Shown here: one piece after another, positions 41,538 to 51,804 of the stretch
Layout of the letters: each line of letters starts with the position of its first letter
Numbering within the stretch: the stretch's first letter is position 1
DNA from: Bdellovibrionota bacterium
GTDB lineage: Bacteria; Bdellovibrionota_C; UBA2361; OMII01
DNA: 64,000 nt
Assembly: GCA_044356215.1 (NCBI GenBank)
Contig: JBIKWQ010000006.1
Span: 1-64,000, forward strand
Direction of reading: 5' to 3'
The notes under the pieces: generated by a model
Databases searched by the model: none
Seen by the model: only the letters and a program-made list of their open reading frames with translations
What the model was told of the DNA's origin: nothing
Made by a program: the position numbers and the translations under genes

Positions 41538-42470
41538 CTAGTACTCCCGCTCATCCTCAATTTCTTTTAGTATCTGTAGATAAGAATCGTAACGCCAATC
41601 CGCCACTTCGCCTGATTCAACTCCGGCCCTAACGGCGCACTCGTTCTCTTTGATGTGAGCGCAATCACGGAATCTGCAGCGCGTAGCAGCCGTCGCGATA
41701 TCAACGAACGCTGAAGCCACATCAACTGGAGTAAGGTGCGCCAAACCGAAAAACTGCACACCCGGGAGATCGATAATAATCTTAGGGCCTGCGGCGCTTC
41801 TTGAGTATAGAAACCCACGCGGCTGCGTTGTGGTCTGTTTGCCCTGCCCCGTTCGCGCGCTGACGTCTCCTGTGCGCGTACACGCTTCGGGGATCAGTTG
41901 ATTCAGTATGGTACTCTTACCTACCCCAGAGACTCCGCAAAGCGCCATTATCTTGGTGGATTCGGCGTCTAGTAACTTACGCAGCCTGTCGATACCTTCA
42001 CCACTCTTCGCGCTCGATTCAACTACATCAACACCGAGCCCACGATAAACATTTAGCATCGGACCTATCTCATCGATACCCAGATCCACCTTATTAACAA
42101 CCAGAGTTGTCGGGATACCTTGAGCGAATCCAGCGGCTAGCATGCGATCGATCGCGACTGTATTCCAGGTGGCGCCGGCGGCGGTTATGACACAGAGCGC
42201 ATCTATATTAGTACCCATTCGCTTAAGTTTGCCGTGGAAGCTGCGGTACAGGCTACGGCAGGAAGGCCGCGCACTCGTGACAAAAACCTCGCCATCACGT
42301 TTTAGATAATTAACACTATCTCCCACAACGAAATCTAGACTCTTAGCCGATAGGGTTCCAGTAACATAGCGGTAATCATCTGTAAGCAGCGTGACGAAAC
42401 GTCGCGACACCTCAAGCACCAAGGCTGGGGCAGCCTCTTCTTGAGGCGTTTTTTTTGAGGGACGTTTCAT
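41538..42470 (-). CDS. rsgA: Ribosome small subunit-dependent GTPase RsgA
   Basis: Circularly permuted [33 protein letters not shown]. Confidence 0.93.
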   Translation of the reverse strand: MKRPSKKTPQEEAAPALVLEVSRRFVTLLTDDYRYVTGTLSAKSLDFVVGDSVNYLKRDGEVFVTSARPSCRSLYRSFHGKLKRMGTNIDALCVITAAGATWNTVAIDRMLAAGFAQGIPTTLVVNKVDLGIDEIGPMLNVYRGLGVDVVESSAKSGEGIDRLRKLLDAESTKIMALCGVSGVGKSTILNQLIPEACTRTGDVSARTGQGKQTTTQPRGFLYSRSAAGPKIIIDLPGVQFFGLAHLTPVDVASAFVDIATAATRCRFRDCAHIKENECAVRAGVESGEVADWRYDSYLQILKEIEDEREY

Positions 42471-42540
42471 AAAATTAGAGTTATGATCCGGATATTAACG
42501 GGTAGTATACCCGGAATAGAGAGAAATTATCGAGGGGTGA

Positions 42541-43100
42541 TGTGGTAGATCTGCACGCGTCTTCTCTCCTACTACTCCCGCACCTGAACCGGTTTCCCTC
42601 TCCTCATCATCTGCGCAGCTACAAAGAAAACTACATCGCGGTCACGGAGGGCCAAGGAGAGATGAATATCTATGACAGGGGTATCGCGATAACCAAGCCG
42701 AGGGCAAGCCCACACTAAGCGGCGCGGGAGCGCCGCGCTCCAAAAGATGCTCCTTTAATCCTAGCCTCTGTGATCCTCTGTGTTCCTCTGTGGTTTCATT
42801 CTAGATGTTACGGATAGGGAGGAAACCACAGAGGTACACAGAGTATCACAGAGGTTAGAACCCATAGAGTCTGCCAGGCCAAGATTTAATTATAATCCCC
42901 CCTCTCTGTTCCTCTGTGGTTTCCTCTCCCCTTAAGCCTGTAGAACTATCTTAGAATAAATTCGACATCGAGGTCGCGGAGGGCCACGGAGATTTAACTT
43001 TTCTCATTTCTCCTCTCTCTGTAGATGAAGAGGAGGAAATAGGTGCAGGATTAGGATAAGGAGGTAGCAAGAGGAGGGGGAGGAGCAGGAGATGGATGAA
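42541..43100. repeat. Mosaic of nested inverted/direct repeats in the rsgA-HAD intergenic region
   Basis: Inverted repeat 42761-42858 (cctctgtg..ggtttc / gaaaccacagagg..cacagagg), third arm ~42904-42924, direct repeat catcg.ggtc.cggagggcca.ggaga at ~42634 and ~42967. Confidence 0.65.
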
Positions 43101-43185
43101 GGAGAAAGCGAACAAGTAAAAAAACGTGGAAAGCCTATTTAGTGATTGCCCGCGATTTAGAGCTCATGTAGTAATTGACCCATTC

Positions 43186-43836
43186 ATGCCCCAATTTAAA
43201 GCCTGCATCTTTGACATGGACGGAGTTCTGCTCGACTCTGAGCGGATCGTCCGTGATGTTTTCACGCGAGTTTGCGCCGAATTCGGATTTGTCGTATCCC
43301 CTGAGATATACCTTAAGAGTGTTGGACGAAACTCTCGCGATACACGCGATATCATGCGTGAGCACCTTGGGGGAGATTTTCCTTATGAAGAGATCGAGCT
43401 TAAAGCCAGCGACTTGATCTCAGATCAGGTAGCCAAAAGCGGTTGGCCACTTAAGCCCGGTGTGATCGAGAGCTTAGAAAATTTACGGAAGAACGGGATC
43501 AGATGCTGTGTCGCCACATCAACCGAGCAGAATGAGGCGCGCAACCGATTGCGAGAACTGATGGGCTATTTCGAGCACATCTCCTCGGGAGATGAGGTAT
43601 CACGGGGCAAGCCGGACCCAGAGCTATTTCTCCTAGCGGCGAGTCGTTTAGCGATCGCCCCGGAGGATTGCGTTGTCATAGAGGACTCCGAGTACGGAGC
43701 GCAAGGCGCTCTCGGCGCTGGTATGAAAGTGCTGATAGTGCCTGATTTAAAAACTCCCCCTGATTGGCTAGTGCCTAAGGTTTCCGGGGTTTTTACCAGC
43801 GTTGATCTGGCGGTTCGGTGGGTGGTTGGGGGTTGA
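43186..43836 (+). CDS. HAD-superfamily phosphatase (beta-PGM/CbbY-like)
   Basis: IFDMDGVLLDSE, VATS, GKPDP, IEDS. Confidence 0.92.
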   Translation: MPQFKACIFDMDGVLLDSERIVRDVFTRVCAEFGFVVSPEIYLKSVGRNSRDTRDIMREHLGGDFPYEEIELKASDLISDQVAKSGWPLKPGVIESLENLRKNGIRCCVATSTEQNEARNRLRELMGYFEHISSGDEVSRGKPDPELFLLAASRLAIAPEDCVVIEDSEYGAQGALGAGMKVLIVPDLKTPPDWLVPKVSGVFTSVDLAVRWVVGG

Positions 43837-43854
43837 GGCTTGGGGCATAACTGC

Positions 43855-43901
43855 AGGAAGGAGCGGCAAAAGCGCGCAAACGAGCCTTTGCTTCGTCTCC
43901 T
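43855..43901. repeat. ~50-bp REP-like hairpin, copy C
   Basis: aggaaggagcggcaaaagcgcg..cgagcctttgcttcgtctcct between convergent genes. Confidence 0.4.
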
Positions 43902-43906
43902 CAGGA

Positions 43907-45592
43907 CTACTTCACTTGAGCCGCAGCCTTTAATCGCAACTGACGCAATAGCTCCCCTTTTCTCACCTCTGCTTTGTCGAATATGTGTTCAGTTCTAAGC
44001 CTCAAAACCGGGTACCTAGTCTCAACAAAAAGATCTCTCATTTTGTTTTTCAGCGGGTAAACACCCGACAGGAACTTGCCAGAGTCGATATCAAATATCG
44101 AATGATACGGGAATCCATCGAGCTCAAGATTAATAGTCACTGGTTTTACCCCAACGACAACTGTAACTAAGAAATCCATCTGGTGTATGGCGTACAAAGA
44201 ACTGCTTATGAATCCTTTTATATTTTGCTCATCTCGTAGCTCGCCCAGCGCATACTCCATGGCTTTTTCGCCCTTATTGTTATTACATCTGGGTTGTTTT
44301 ATCTTGTCGACCCACGCCTTCTGTTTGTTTGTAAGTTTGCCATTACGAGCCACACCCAAGATACCTATAACTTTTAACATGCCACTTAAATGCGTGTTAA
44401 AGTTTTCCCAGCCATCCGGTAATGTTTCCTTAATGTATCCTTCTATCTTCCATGCTTCATCCTGGTTTAAACCGAGACCATGCGCCTGAAGCACGATCAG
44501 GAGCTCTCCTAGAGCCTCTAAGGAAACCCGCAGTTCCTTCTCCGATTTAAGACCCGAAAAGACTTCTTCTTTAAGTTCTTTCGCCTTTTCGTCGTCGAAA
44601 CACTCAATGGCGGCGGCCGCGTGCATCGCGCATATTTTCAGAGAAAGGGGAGAGTAGCCCTCTGTCTGAGCTCGAGAATCCTCGGATTTGAGGATCCTTT
44701 CAATCTCTCCTCCCCAGAAGCGCTCAACCACCTTTTCCATGAGGCTTTTTGATAAAATCGATGCCCTCGCCATATATCTTGACATCGCTGATATCTGTCG
44801 AAGATCTTCATAAGACAGGGGGTTACTGGAGACTGCCAGAGCACTCGCGAGCGAGTCGCAAGTTTTTTTCAATAGAAACGGACCTAATTGGACATCCCAG
44901 CCATCTTTCCTATCGACATCAAAGATCAATCTGCTAGCTGTCATCCCCATGACCGCGCCACACAAATCGGCGATGTCAGGGTTATGATGGTCTAGAGACT
45001 GACCCCATTGGCGCAAAATTTTATTGAAGTTTTCTGTATTTTCCTTTGTGCACATCCTGTCTAGATTCTGATTAGCCTGCATAAAACTAAAATAGGAGCC
45101 TAGTACACGTATACAATTCGATAGCTCTCGGGGGGCGGATGAGTATTTACCTTTGGCGAATATCCCGAATATCTCCTCAATCGACTTCAGCAGATCGGTA
45201 TCTGGGTTAGCTCTAACTTGAATATCTGATCCCAGAATTCTCCCAAGTCGGGAAAAAAGATCAGATAAGTTAACCACACTCAAAAACCTGCCGCTATCTT
45301 TTATGAAAGCTAGTAGACGCCTTGAAAGATCGGCCGGGCCATATTCGCTGAAGATTTCATTGACCTCTTTCAGCAGTCTCTCATCGTAACCATCCCAGAC
45401 CCGGATTGGAGCAACACGAGGAGGGCCCTGTTCCTTCTCGTGCTGTGGTAGCTCCTGTCTTACAGATCGGCCAGACCGATCTCGAGTCTTTGGGAAATAA
45501 GCAAAGTTGTCCCAACAATCATCACCATATCCCCCATTTCCCGCGCAATCTTCAGGATTTTGCGACTCTCTCCTGCCGCCATGTTTACTCAT
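43907..45592 (-). CDS. Helical-repeat protein with C-terminal RAP/PD-(D/E)XK-like domain
   Basis: FLSVVNLSDLFSRLGR and PRELSNCIRVLG repeats; C-terminal MDFLV...NLELDGFPYH...KMRD...VLRL. Confidence 0.55.
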   Translation of the reverse strand: MSKHGGRRESQNPEDCAGNGGYGDDCWDNFAYFPKTRDRSGRSVRQELPQHEKEQGPPRVAPIRVWDGYDERLLKEVNEIFSEYGPADLSRRLLAFIKDSGRFLSVVNLSDLFSRLGRILGSDIQVRANPDTDLLKSIEEIFGIFAKGKYSSAPRELSNCIRVLGSYFSFMQANQNLDRMCTKENTENFNKILRQWGQSLDHHNPDIADLCGAVMGMTASRLIFDVDRKDGWDVQLGPFLLKKTCDSLASALAVSSNPLSYEDLRQISAMSRYMARASILSKSLMEKVVERFWGGEIERILKSEDSRAQTEGYSPLSLKICAMHAAAAIECFDDEKAKELKEEVFSGLKSEKELRVSLEALGELLIVLQAHGLGLNQDEAWKIEGYIKETLPDGWENFNTHLSGMLKVIGILGVARNGKLTNKQKAWVDKIKQPRCNNNKGEKAMEYALGELRDEQNIKGFISSSLYAIHQMDFLVTVVVGVKPVTINLELDGFPYHSIFDIDSGKFLSGVYPLKNKMRDLFVETRYPVLRLRTEHIFDKAEVRKGELLRQLRLKAAAQVK

Positions 45593-45647
45593 AAGCTTAC
45601 CTACCTAAAACTGCACTTCTCAGGTAAGTTATGCCCCCATCCCCTCT

Positions 45648-47411
45648 CTAAGTAGCATTCCCCCCGCTGACGCCGCAAATGTACCTGATCCTTAGCTCAG
45701 GAAAGCTTCCGACATGGACACCGCTGTTAGCTTCAGCTAGAGCGCTTTCATATAATTGATCCAGCTGCTTAAGCCTGCCATCGACACTTCCTTTAACTGA
45801 TTTTACGACGCGGCGTAGCTCTTCCCTGCGAACTCCCGTGAGCCAGAAGACGCAGCTCTCGGACGAGATATCGACCTTCGCCTTCCGCAGTCCATCAAGA
45901 CCCATCGGCCGCCCAAAAGCCTCGTTTACATAATGCGCGGCAGGCCAACTGGAGGCGAGATAGCCACCAAATTTTTTACCTGACGTCTTAAGTACGGACT
46001 CAATAGCTAACCACTCGCGCTTGGTAACGATAGTGAATGAACGAGCTGAGAAGGTATCTTTTATAAGTGGGCCTATAACAAACGACAGCAATAATAATAT
46101 CGCGATTGGACCTCCCAGCCGAAGACTCCCTCTAACGAGACCTCTAGCTCTCCAATTACATGCGGCTTGGATTACCAACGTCGTATGAAGAATGATTACC
46201 GCCGTTAAAGGATAGATCGTATGCTTAAGCATGTAATACCGAAGTCGCGCGCCAAGGAAAAAAAACCCGAGCTGAACTATCAGAGCTGCCGCTATCAGAG
46301 CCGCAGCGCAAGATACTATCGCCGTAGCGCGAGAATTCACTTTGTCTTTTCCTTCACGCGGTGAAAAAAATAACGCCAACAAAAGAGATAAGATATAAAC
46401 CAACCAAACAAGGGGAAGGCTAAACTTTGTTGAGGCACCCGCCTGACCCATTAGTGGCAAGAGCCGTATAAAACTAACCCCCGCGATACCCAGTAAGAGC
46501 AAAGCGCAAACAGATGAAACAACCCGCGCGCGTCTGGTCTCTGACCTAAAAGCCTCAAAAGCAGCTAGTGAGAAACACCCCACCGCGCAATCAGCCAAGT
46601 TAAGCCCATAAGTGAATCTAAGGGCGGCTACTCCACACAGAAGACTTAGAAGTTTGAAGCGATAATCATTTGCCGTCGCGTATGCGGCTATAATTAGCGG
46701 ATAGATCACACACCCAAATGTGTGCACATATCCTCCTTGAAGAAAAAATTGATTATACAGGGGGAAGAGCAACCCATAGCTAACTAAGGCAGCAAGCGAC
46801 GCGGCGCCCAAAAACGCCACGAATCCGGCGACTCGCTCGAGCGCTGCCTCGCAGATCGCATGGAATGTGGCTATCAGAATAAAAAAGCCGATAGCAAGAG
46901 CAGCCATATGGGTATCAGCTATATTTACAGGGAACAGATTTCTTATGTACGCGCAAAGAGCGTAAAACGATGAAAATCCGTGGTAGGCCTTGGGGTTCTT
47001 AAATTCAAAACTATCCAAGTAACGGATATGAAAGGCAGCGTCGCCATTTCCGATCGAGCGTGGAACGAATCCGTTATGAGCTAAAAAAAAGAGAGAGAAT
47101 CCGCACGCTAATATCAAGCCCAACGACGATGGGCCACTAAAAAAAGGCGCCCGAGCAGTTGGTGCGCTCGCAGCGCTCCGCTCGTACTCATTCAACCGAG
47201 GGACAGGGCTCTCTATAGCCGCCCCCTTCCTCTTTCTATTAAACGCCGCTAAGGCGATTAAAGAGATAGGAGCTGTCGAGGCGGCTACAAAAAAATCTAA
47301 TCCAAGAGTCGCTCTCAAAGCCGCGGCCAGGATACTAGATGCTAGTATCCCAAGCAGAAACAACCACGCGGCTAAGGAGACGAACCGGATTCGCCTAAGC
47401 TTGATCATCAA
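45648..47411 (-). CDS. Polytopic membrane protein, possible GT-C glycosyltransferase
   Basis: About 12 hydrophobic segments, GDAAFH loop motif, RYY near the C-terminal TMs. Confidence 0.55.
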   Translation of the reverse strand: MMIKLRRIRFVSLAAWLFLLGILASSILAAALRATLGLDFFVAASTAPISLIALAAFNRKRKGAAIESPVPRLNEYERSAASAPTARAPFFSGPSSLGLILACGFSLFFLAHNGFVPRSIGNGDAAFHIRYLDSFEFKNPKAYHGFSSFYALCAYIRNLFPVNIADTHMAALAIGFFILIATFHAICEAALERVAGFVAFLGAASLAALVSYGLLFPLYNQFFLQGGYVHTFGCVIYPLIIAAYATANDYRFKLLSLLCGVAALRFTYGLNLADCAVGCFSLAAFEAFRSETRRARVVSSVCALLLLGIAGVSFIRLLPLMGQAGASTKFSLPLVWLVYILSLLLALFFSPREGKDKVNSRATAIVSCAAALIAAALIVQLGFFFLGARLRYYMLKHTIYPLTAVIILHTTLVIQAACNWRARGLVRGSLRLGGPIAILLLLSFVIGPLIKDTFSARSFTIVTKREWLAIESVLKTSGKKFGGYLASSWPAAHYVNEAFGRPMGLDGLRKAKVDISSESCVFWLTGVRREELRRVVKSVKGSVDGRLKQLDQLYESALAEANSGVHVGSFPELRIRYICGVSGGNAT

Positions 47412-48918
47412 CCGCTAAAAGTGTTGGGCCTTCTTCCTCGCTGCCACCCTCATCATCATGACTCTCATCACGACGAGACCTGCGACCACGGGATGAACCA
47501 CGATCCTCGTCGTAGCTCTCAGAGCCCTCATCACTTCCGCCATACGAGTCAGACTCACTCTCGCTCTGCATCGCAGCTAACTCCTCTGGAGTTGGATCGC
47601 GCGGAATTGAGAGGGTCACGGCTCGCTTAACGAAATACTTGCCACCCTTTGAACCTGGCAGGTCAGCCTGAGCTAGCTTCTCAACTACCTCATCTGCCAC
47701 CTTCTCAGAAACGTCGATGAACGAGTACGCTCCACGAACGCTAACACGGTGAACCTCCTCAGCCGCGACACCACAAGCGCTCGCAACCTGCTCCTTTAGA
47801 GCATCAGCGGAAACACCCTGCTTAGAGCCTGAGCCCACGTAGAGCCTAGCCTCTTTATCAACTACCATAGGCTTTCTTGGCTGACGTTGACGACGGCCAC
47901 CATCGCGCCCCTCGTACTGTCCACGCTCACCACGCTCTCCGCGACCACCGCGATCACGATCACGACCGCGGCCACGGCGCTCTCCGCCGTTACCCTCGCC
48001 TTCAGCTAAGAAAGATGGCTGTCTATCCTCATCCACGAAATCATCTTGGTAACGTCCGCCACGTCCACCACGGTTGCCGCGCTCTCCACGTCCACCGCGA
48101 TCACCACGATCGCGATCACGTCCGCCGCGGCTCTCGCGCCTATCACGGTCACGACCACCACCACGACGGCCACCACGCTCCAGCTTATCAAAATCCGGCT
48201 GCGAGCTATCGTCCTCAAACTCCTCCTCATCAAACTCAGAGCGCTCATCTCTCGCTGGAGCTGTCGCCGCTCTTAGAGCTGGAATAACTGAGAGTGTGTT
48301 GTTAAGAAGATACGACACGATCTCGCGTGACTTACTGTCAGCTAAGACCTTATCAACCAATTCAGTTAAAGCTGGCTCACCAGCCTCAACACGCGCTACC
48401 GCCTGATCACGGAGCTGATCGAACTTTCCTGCCATTACCTGATCCGCTGTTGGTGGCTCAGCCTGAACGAACTCGGCTTTGCCTAGCTTCTTTAGGAAAT
48501 GGAAATTTGTGATATCCATCGCTGAAACCAAACTAAGAACCTTCTTAGTCTTAGTCTCGCCCTCTGCTGCGAAGCGTTGGAAGTAAACCTCTGGGTCCGC
48601 TGGGATTGAGTAATTTATTACAACCTCAAACTCCTCAAGTGGAACACCACGCGCCGCTACATCGGTTAATACTAACGCCGTAATCTCCTTCTTCTGAAGC
48701 TGCTGGATCGCTTTGCTAAGCTTAATCTGCGGAACGTATCCAATTAGCTTAAGCGAGGAGAGCCCACGCTTCTTGAGAATAACATCCGCGAAATCCGCGT
48801 CTGAAGGGGAATTACAAAAAACCACACACGAGTGACCAGCCTCAAATTCAACAAGGTCACAGAGCGCTTGAGGCTTAGCCAAAAGCGAGGTTCCTACTTC
48901 GTAATAAATGTGCTCCAT
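47395..48918 (-). CDS. Truncated DEAD-box-like protein: helicase C domain, RGG region and DbpA RNA-binding domain
   Basis: Starts EHIYYEV; VVFCNS, TDVAARG, VINYSIP.DPEVY; RLYVGSGSKQG...YSFIDV. Confidence 0.8.
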   Translation of the reverse strand: MEHIYYEVGTSLLAKPQALCDLVEFEAGHSCVVFCNSPSDADFADVILKKRGLSSLKLIGYVPQIKLSKAIQQLQKKEITALVLTDVAARGVPLEEFEVVINYSIPADPEVYFQRFAAEGETKTKKVLSLVSAMDITNFHFLKKLGKAEFVQAEPPTADQVMAGKFDQLRDQAVARVEAGEPALTELVDKVLADSKSREIVSYLLNNTLSVIPALRAATAPARDERSEFDEEEFEDDSSQPDFDKLERGGRRGGGRDRDRRESRGGRDRDRGDRGGRGERGNRGGRGGRYQDDFVDEDRQPSFLAEGEGNGGERRGRGRDRDRGGRGERGERGQYEGRDGGRRQRQPRKPMVVDKEARLYVGSGSKQGVSADALKEQVASACGVAAEEVHRVSVRGAYSFIDVSEKVADEVVEKLAQADLPGSKGGKYFVKRAVTLSIPRDPTPEELAAMQSESESDSYGGSDEGSESYDEDRGSSRGRRSRRDESHDDEGGSEEEGPTLLAVDDQA

Positions 48919-49365
48919 ATTTTTGCACCACTATCCATTAATGTCGCCTGATTTCACGCGCGACCAGGACGGCCGCACACGCTATTCACGCTATAAAGTT
49001 TATCTGTCTTTCACTTTGGGTGAGAATTGTCTTCGCAAGATCTCTTTTCGAGGCGAGCCTAACTCCGCGAGGAACGCAAGAAGAGTGAACGCTGCGCGCT
49101 AACTAACTCAGGCCTCACTAAACAGTGCGATTGCAACGAGCGCTTAGTTTTGGGAATACGTGAACCACTCTTGGTCATACGTTTTGTTCCCGAGACGCTC
49201 TTTCTCAAACCTAGCCTTTAATCTATACCATATTTTGAGTTCAGAGGAAGTTAGGCTTGCGCTAAATTAGTGTTGGCGATCTCACTCAGTAAGCTCCAAC
49301 ATAAAGCCCCAGGCTGTGCCTACTAGCGCCCTTAAGATACTGTAATTAAAGAGATATCTCTCCAT

Positions 49366-50613
49366 ATGACAGGCCAAATCAGTCACCTTTTTCTCTCCCG
49401 ATTGAGTCTTTTTCTCCCGATAATTATTATTTTTGTATCTTCGTGCGTTGAGGTCAGAAAGATTAATCCTAAAATAAAAGATAACGATCTTAATGGCTTA
49501 GGGGTTCTAAATTGGCCTAATGTCACATTTAGCAACCTGCCAGCTACGTCAGGCCATGTCGGCGAGGTGCTCAAAACAACCGAGGTTACTACTACCCCCC
49601 GAAGACTCGTATCAGCGGGATCCGATGGGAACGTTGTCTTATGGGATATAACAAGCGGCTCGAGCAGGCTGATGAAGCATGTAGGCAGCGTGGTGCAGAA
49701 CGTCGCTCTCGGACGTCGTCGCGCGTTGGTAGCCTGGAGCACGGGTCTCACAATTTCAGTTTCTTGCGCTTCCGGCTGTGCTGAAACCTGGGAGCTTAAG
49801 CGACTCAAGACCCGTGTCACATCATTAGCGTTTCACGAGGATGACACGGCGTTAATTATTGGTGGGGCGGATGGACGTGTTTATCGGTGGCACTTTCAAC
49901 GTGAGCGGGACGCCGCTACGCAGGAAGAGCGAGACCAAACGCTCGAGCGATATATCGTTCACCAAACAGTTGTGAGTGTGGTAGCTCCGCTTCATACCGG
50001 CCGCGCCTTCTTTTCCGCTGACTGGGACGGAAGGCTCTACGCCTGGCTCGCCTACACAGCCGACGATCAACAGGGCAGCTTCGATAAGAATCTTTTCGGG
50101 GGCAGGTTTTTTGGTGGATTGGGGACGTACATGGCGGCGCCTCGCGCGCCCGATCGCGGCATCACCAGCATAAATGTATCAGGCAACGGGCAACGATTGG
50201 CCGTTGGAACTGATGATGGATACGTCGAGATCTGGGAGGTACGGGGGTTTGAGATGATCGCTCGCACAGCGGTGCATAATGGGCGGGTGATTAGCGTAGC
50301 TCTAAACGAAGATGGCTCGCGGGTAGCCTCTCTCGGCCGAGACAGCAAGATCTCTGTATTGGACCTAGCGGATGACCCGAGCCATGGAATTAAGATCGGG
50401 GCGTTAAGAGCGTTAACAAATCCCGTTGTAACTGAAGAGATGAAATCTGCCCGAGGGATCTATTTCCTATCTGACGGGAATCTCATAATCTCTACTAACA
50501 CAGGTCAGGTCGGCGAGCTAAAGCTCTCGAATAACCCTAAAGTCGCGAATACTCCGCCGGTTGTCACCAAACAACCTGGCGCCGTCGCGCGAGAAAAGGG
50601 ATCTGACTATTAA
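49366..50613 (+). CDS. WD40-repeat lipoprotein
   Basis: Lipobox VSSC; repeats SAGSDGNVVLWD, GGADGRVYRW, SADWDGRLYAW, GTDDGYVEIWE. Confidence 0.85.
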   Translation: MTGQISHLFLSRLSLFLPIIIIFVSSCVEVRKINPKIKDNDLNGLGVLNWPNVTFSNLPATSGHVGEVLKTTEVTTTPRRLVSAGSDGNVVLWDITSGSSRLMKHVGSVVQNVALGRRRALVAWSTGLTISVSCASGCAETWELKRLKTRVTSLAFHEDDTALIIGGADGRVYRWHFQRERDAATQEERDQTLERYIVHQTVVSVVAPLHTGRAFFSADWDGRLYAWLAYTADDQQGSFDKNLFGGRFFGGLGTYMAAPRAPDRGITSINVSGNGQRLAVGTDDGYVEIWEVRGFEMIARTAVHNGRVISVALNEDGSRVASLGRDSKISVLDLADDPSHGIKIGALRALTNPVVTEEMKSARGIYFLSDGNLIISTNTGQVGELKLSNNPKVANTPPVVTKQPGAVAREKGSDY

Positions 50614-50627
50614 GCAAAAGCGAGCAG

Positions 50628-51200
50628 ATGATTAACGCCACAGAGAAACCTCCAGCTAATCTAGACACTCCAGATGTTAAGACCAGTTCTCGACTACCCT
50701 ACGCGCTACTGGTCGCTGCGGTGGTCATTATAGTAGTGGGATTAGACCAGCTCACAAAGAGGATGGCGCTCGCTTCTTTTCATCCAGGAGAGATTCGTCC
50801 AGTAATAGATGGCCTATTTAATCTGACCCTCTCTTTTAATACAGGCGCCGCCTTCGGACTGTGGACTGGATTGGCGAGTGGATGGCGTGAGTCCGTCTTG
50901 GCGTTAACGATCCTAATGGCGCTAGCGCTGGTAATCTTTCTCTTAACCCGCCCATACTATCAAAATCTTCTTGCGCAGACAGCCTTGGCGGCAATCTTAG
51001 GTGGAGCTGTGGGAAATGTAATAGATCGTTTTCTATACGGCGCGGTTGTCGACTTCCTGGATTTTTATATCGGCTCTTCTCACTGGCCCGCTTTTAACAT
51101 AGCTGATAGCGCTATCTGCCTAGGGGTGGGGTTACTGCTCTTCCTACCAAAGCCAGACGCCGATGACACGCTTAGCGAAGGGCGGAAAAACCTCGTGTAG
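50628..51200 (+). CDS. lspA: Signal peptidase II
   Basis: DQLTK, NTGAAFG, GGAVGNVIDR, VVDF, WPAFNIAD. Confidence 0.96.
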   Translation: MINATEKPPANLDTPDVKTSSRLPYALLVAAVVIIVVGLDQLTKRMALASFHPGEIRPVIDGLFNLTLSFNTGAAFGLWTGLASGWRESVLALTILMALALVIFLLTRPYYQNLLAQTALAAILGGAVGNVIDRFLYGAVVDFLDFYIGSSHWPAFNIADSAICLGVGLLLFLPKPDADDTLSEGRKNLV

Positions 51201-51245
51201 TCGGGGCAGTTGTTAGTAACTCCATTTCGGTTTACGGTATCTCGC

Positions 51246-51722
51246 ATGATCGATCTTCATCCACCTGCGAGTGGCTTGCCTCTGGCTGGCGCGTTACTTC
51301 TGTGCTTCGCTGAGTTATCGCGTCTATCTCCACGCGTTCGACACATCGCGCTTTCTATCAGACCGGTAGCGATAATTTTCTGCGTAACATCTGTGGTCGT
51401 CTCTTTTCTGACCGGTTATCAAGCGAGCAGCAGAGCGACTGATATTACAGCAGCGGCGGAGCAAGCGATGGCGCTCCATCATTCATTTGGAAAGGGACTC
51501 CTGGTTTCATCCCTCTTATTAGCTACTTTTTTCTTTCTAGAGCGCGTAGCCACTCACGGTAAAAAAGCGTTTATGTTTTTATATTATATCTTTTTTATGC
51601 TCCAAGTGGTTGGAACCATTTGGGTTGGCACCCTTGGCGGGGAACTCGTGTTTAAGCACGGGATAAATGTTGAGGAAGGCCGGCAAAACCTACCCGTAGC
51701 GAGAAAGTGGAGGTTGAGTTGA
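51246..51722 (+). CDS. DUF2231-like membrane protein
   Basis: LHP, four TMs, HH, GTLGGELVFKHG; start at MIDLHP. Confidence 0.65.
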   Translation: MIDLHPPASGLPLAGALLLCFAELSRLSPRVRHIALSIRPVAIIFCVTSVVVSFLTGYQASSRATDITAAAEQAMALHHSFGKGLLVSSLLLATFFFLERVATHGKKAFMFLYYIFFMLQVVGTIWVGTLGGELVFKHGINVEEGRQNLPVARKWRLS

Positions 51723-51724
51723 TA

Positions 51725-51804
51725 TTCGATTTTCGAGATGGGGAAAAACCGCAAGTGTATCCTCTGTGATACATTGAGGATTTTTTCCCATCTCGAAACT
51801 CGAA
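51725..51804. other. Long intergenic hairpin (~80 nt)
   Basis: ttcga.tttcgagatggggaaaaacc..tgtatc / gataca..ggattttttcccatctcgaaa.tcgaa. Confidence 0.7.

Noticed and set aside
47877..48406. His-, Thr- and Arg/Pro-rich ORFs and apparent tandem repeats
   Set aside because: Shadows of the RGG/RD low-complexity region of the DEAD-like gene
48919..49365. Riboswitch or thermometer in the long DEAD-like/WD40 intergenic region
   Set aside because: No known riboswitch consensus or strong hairpin recognised by eye
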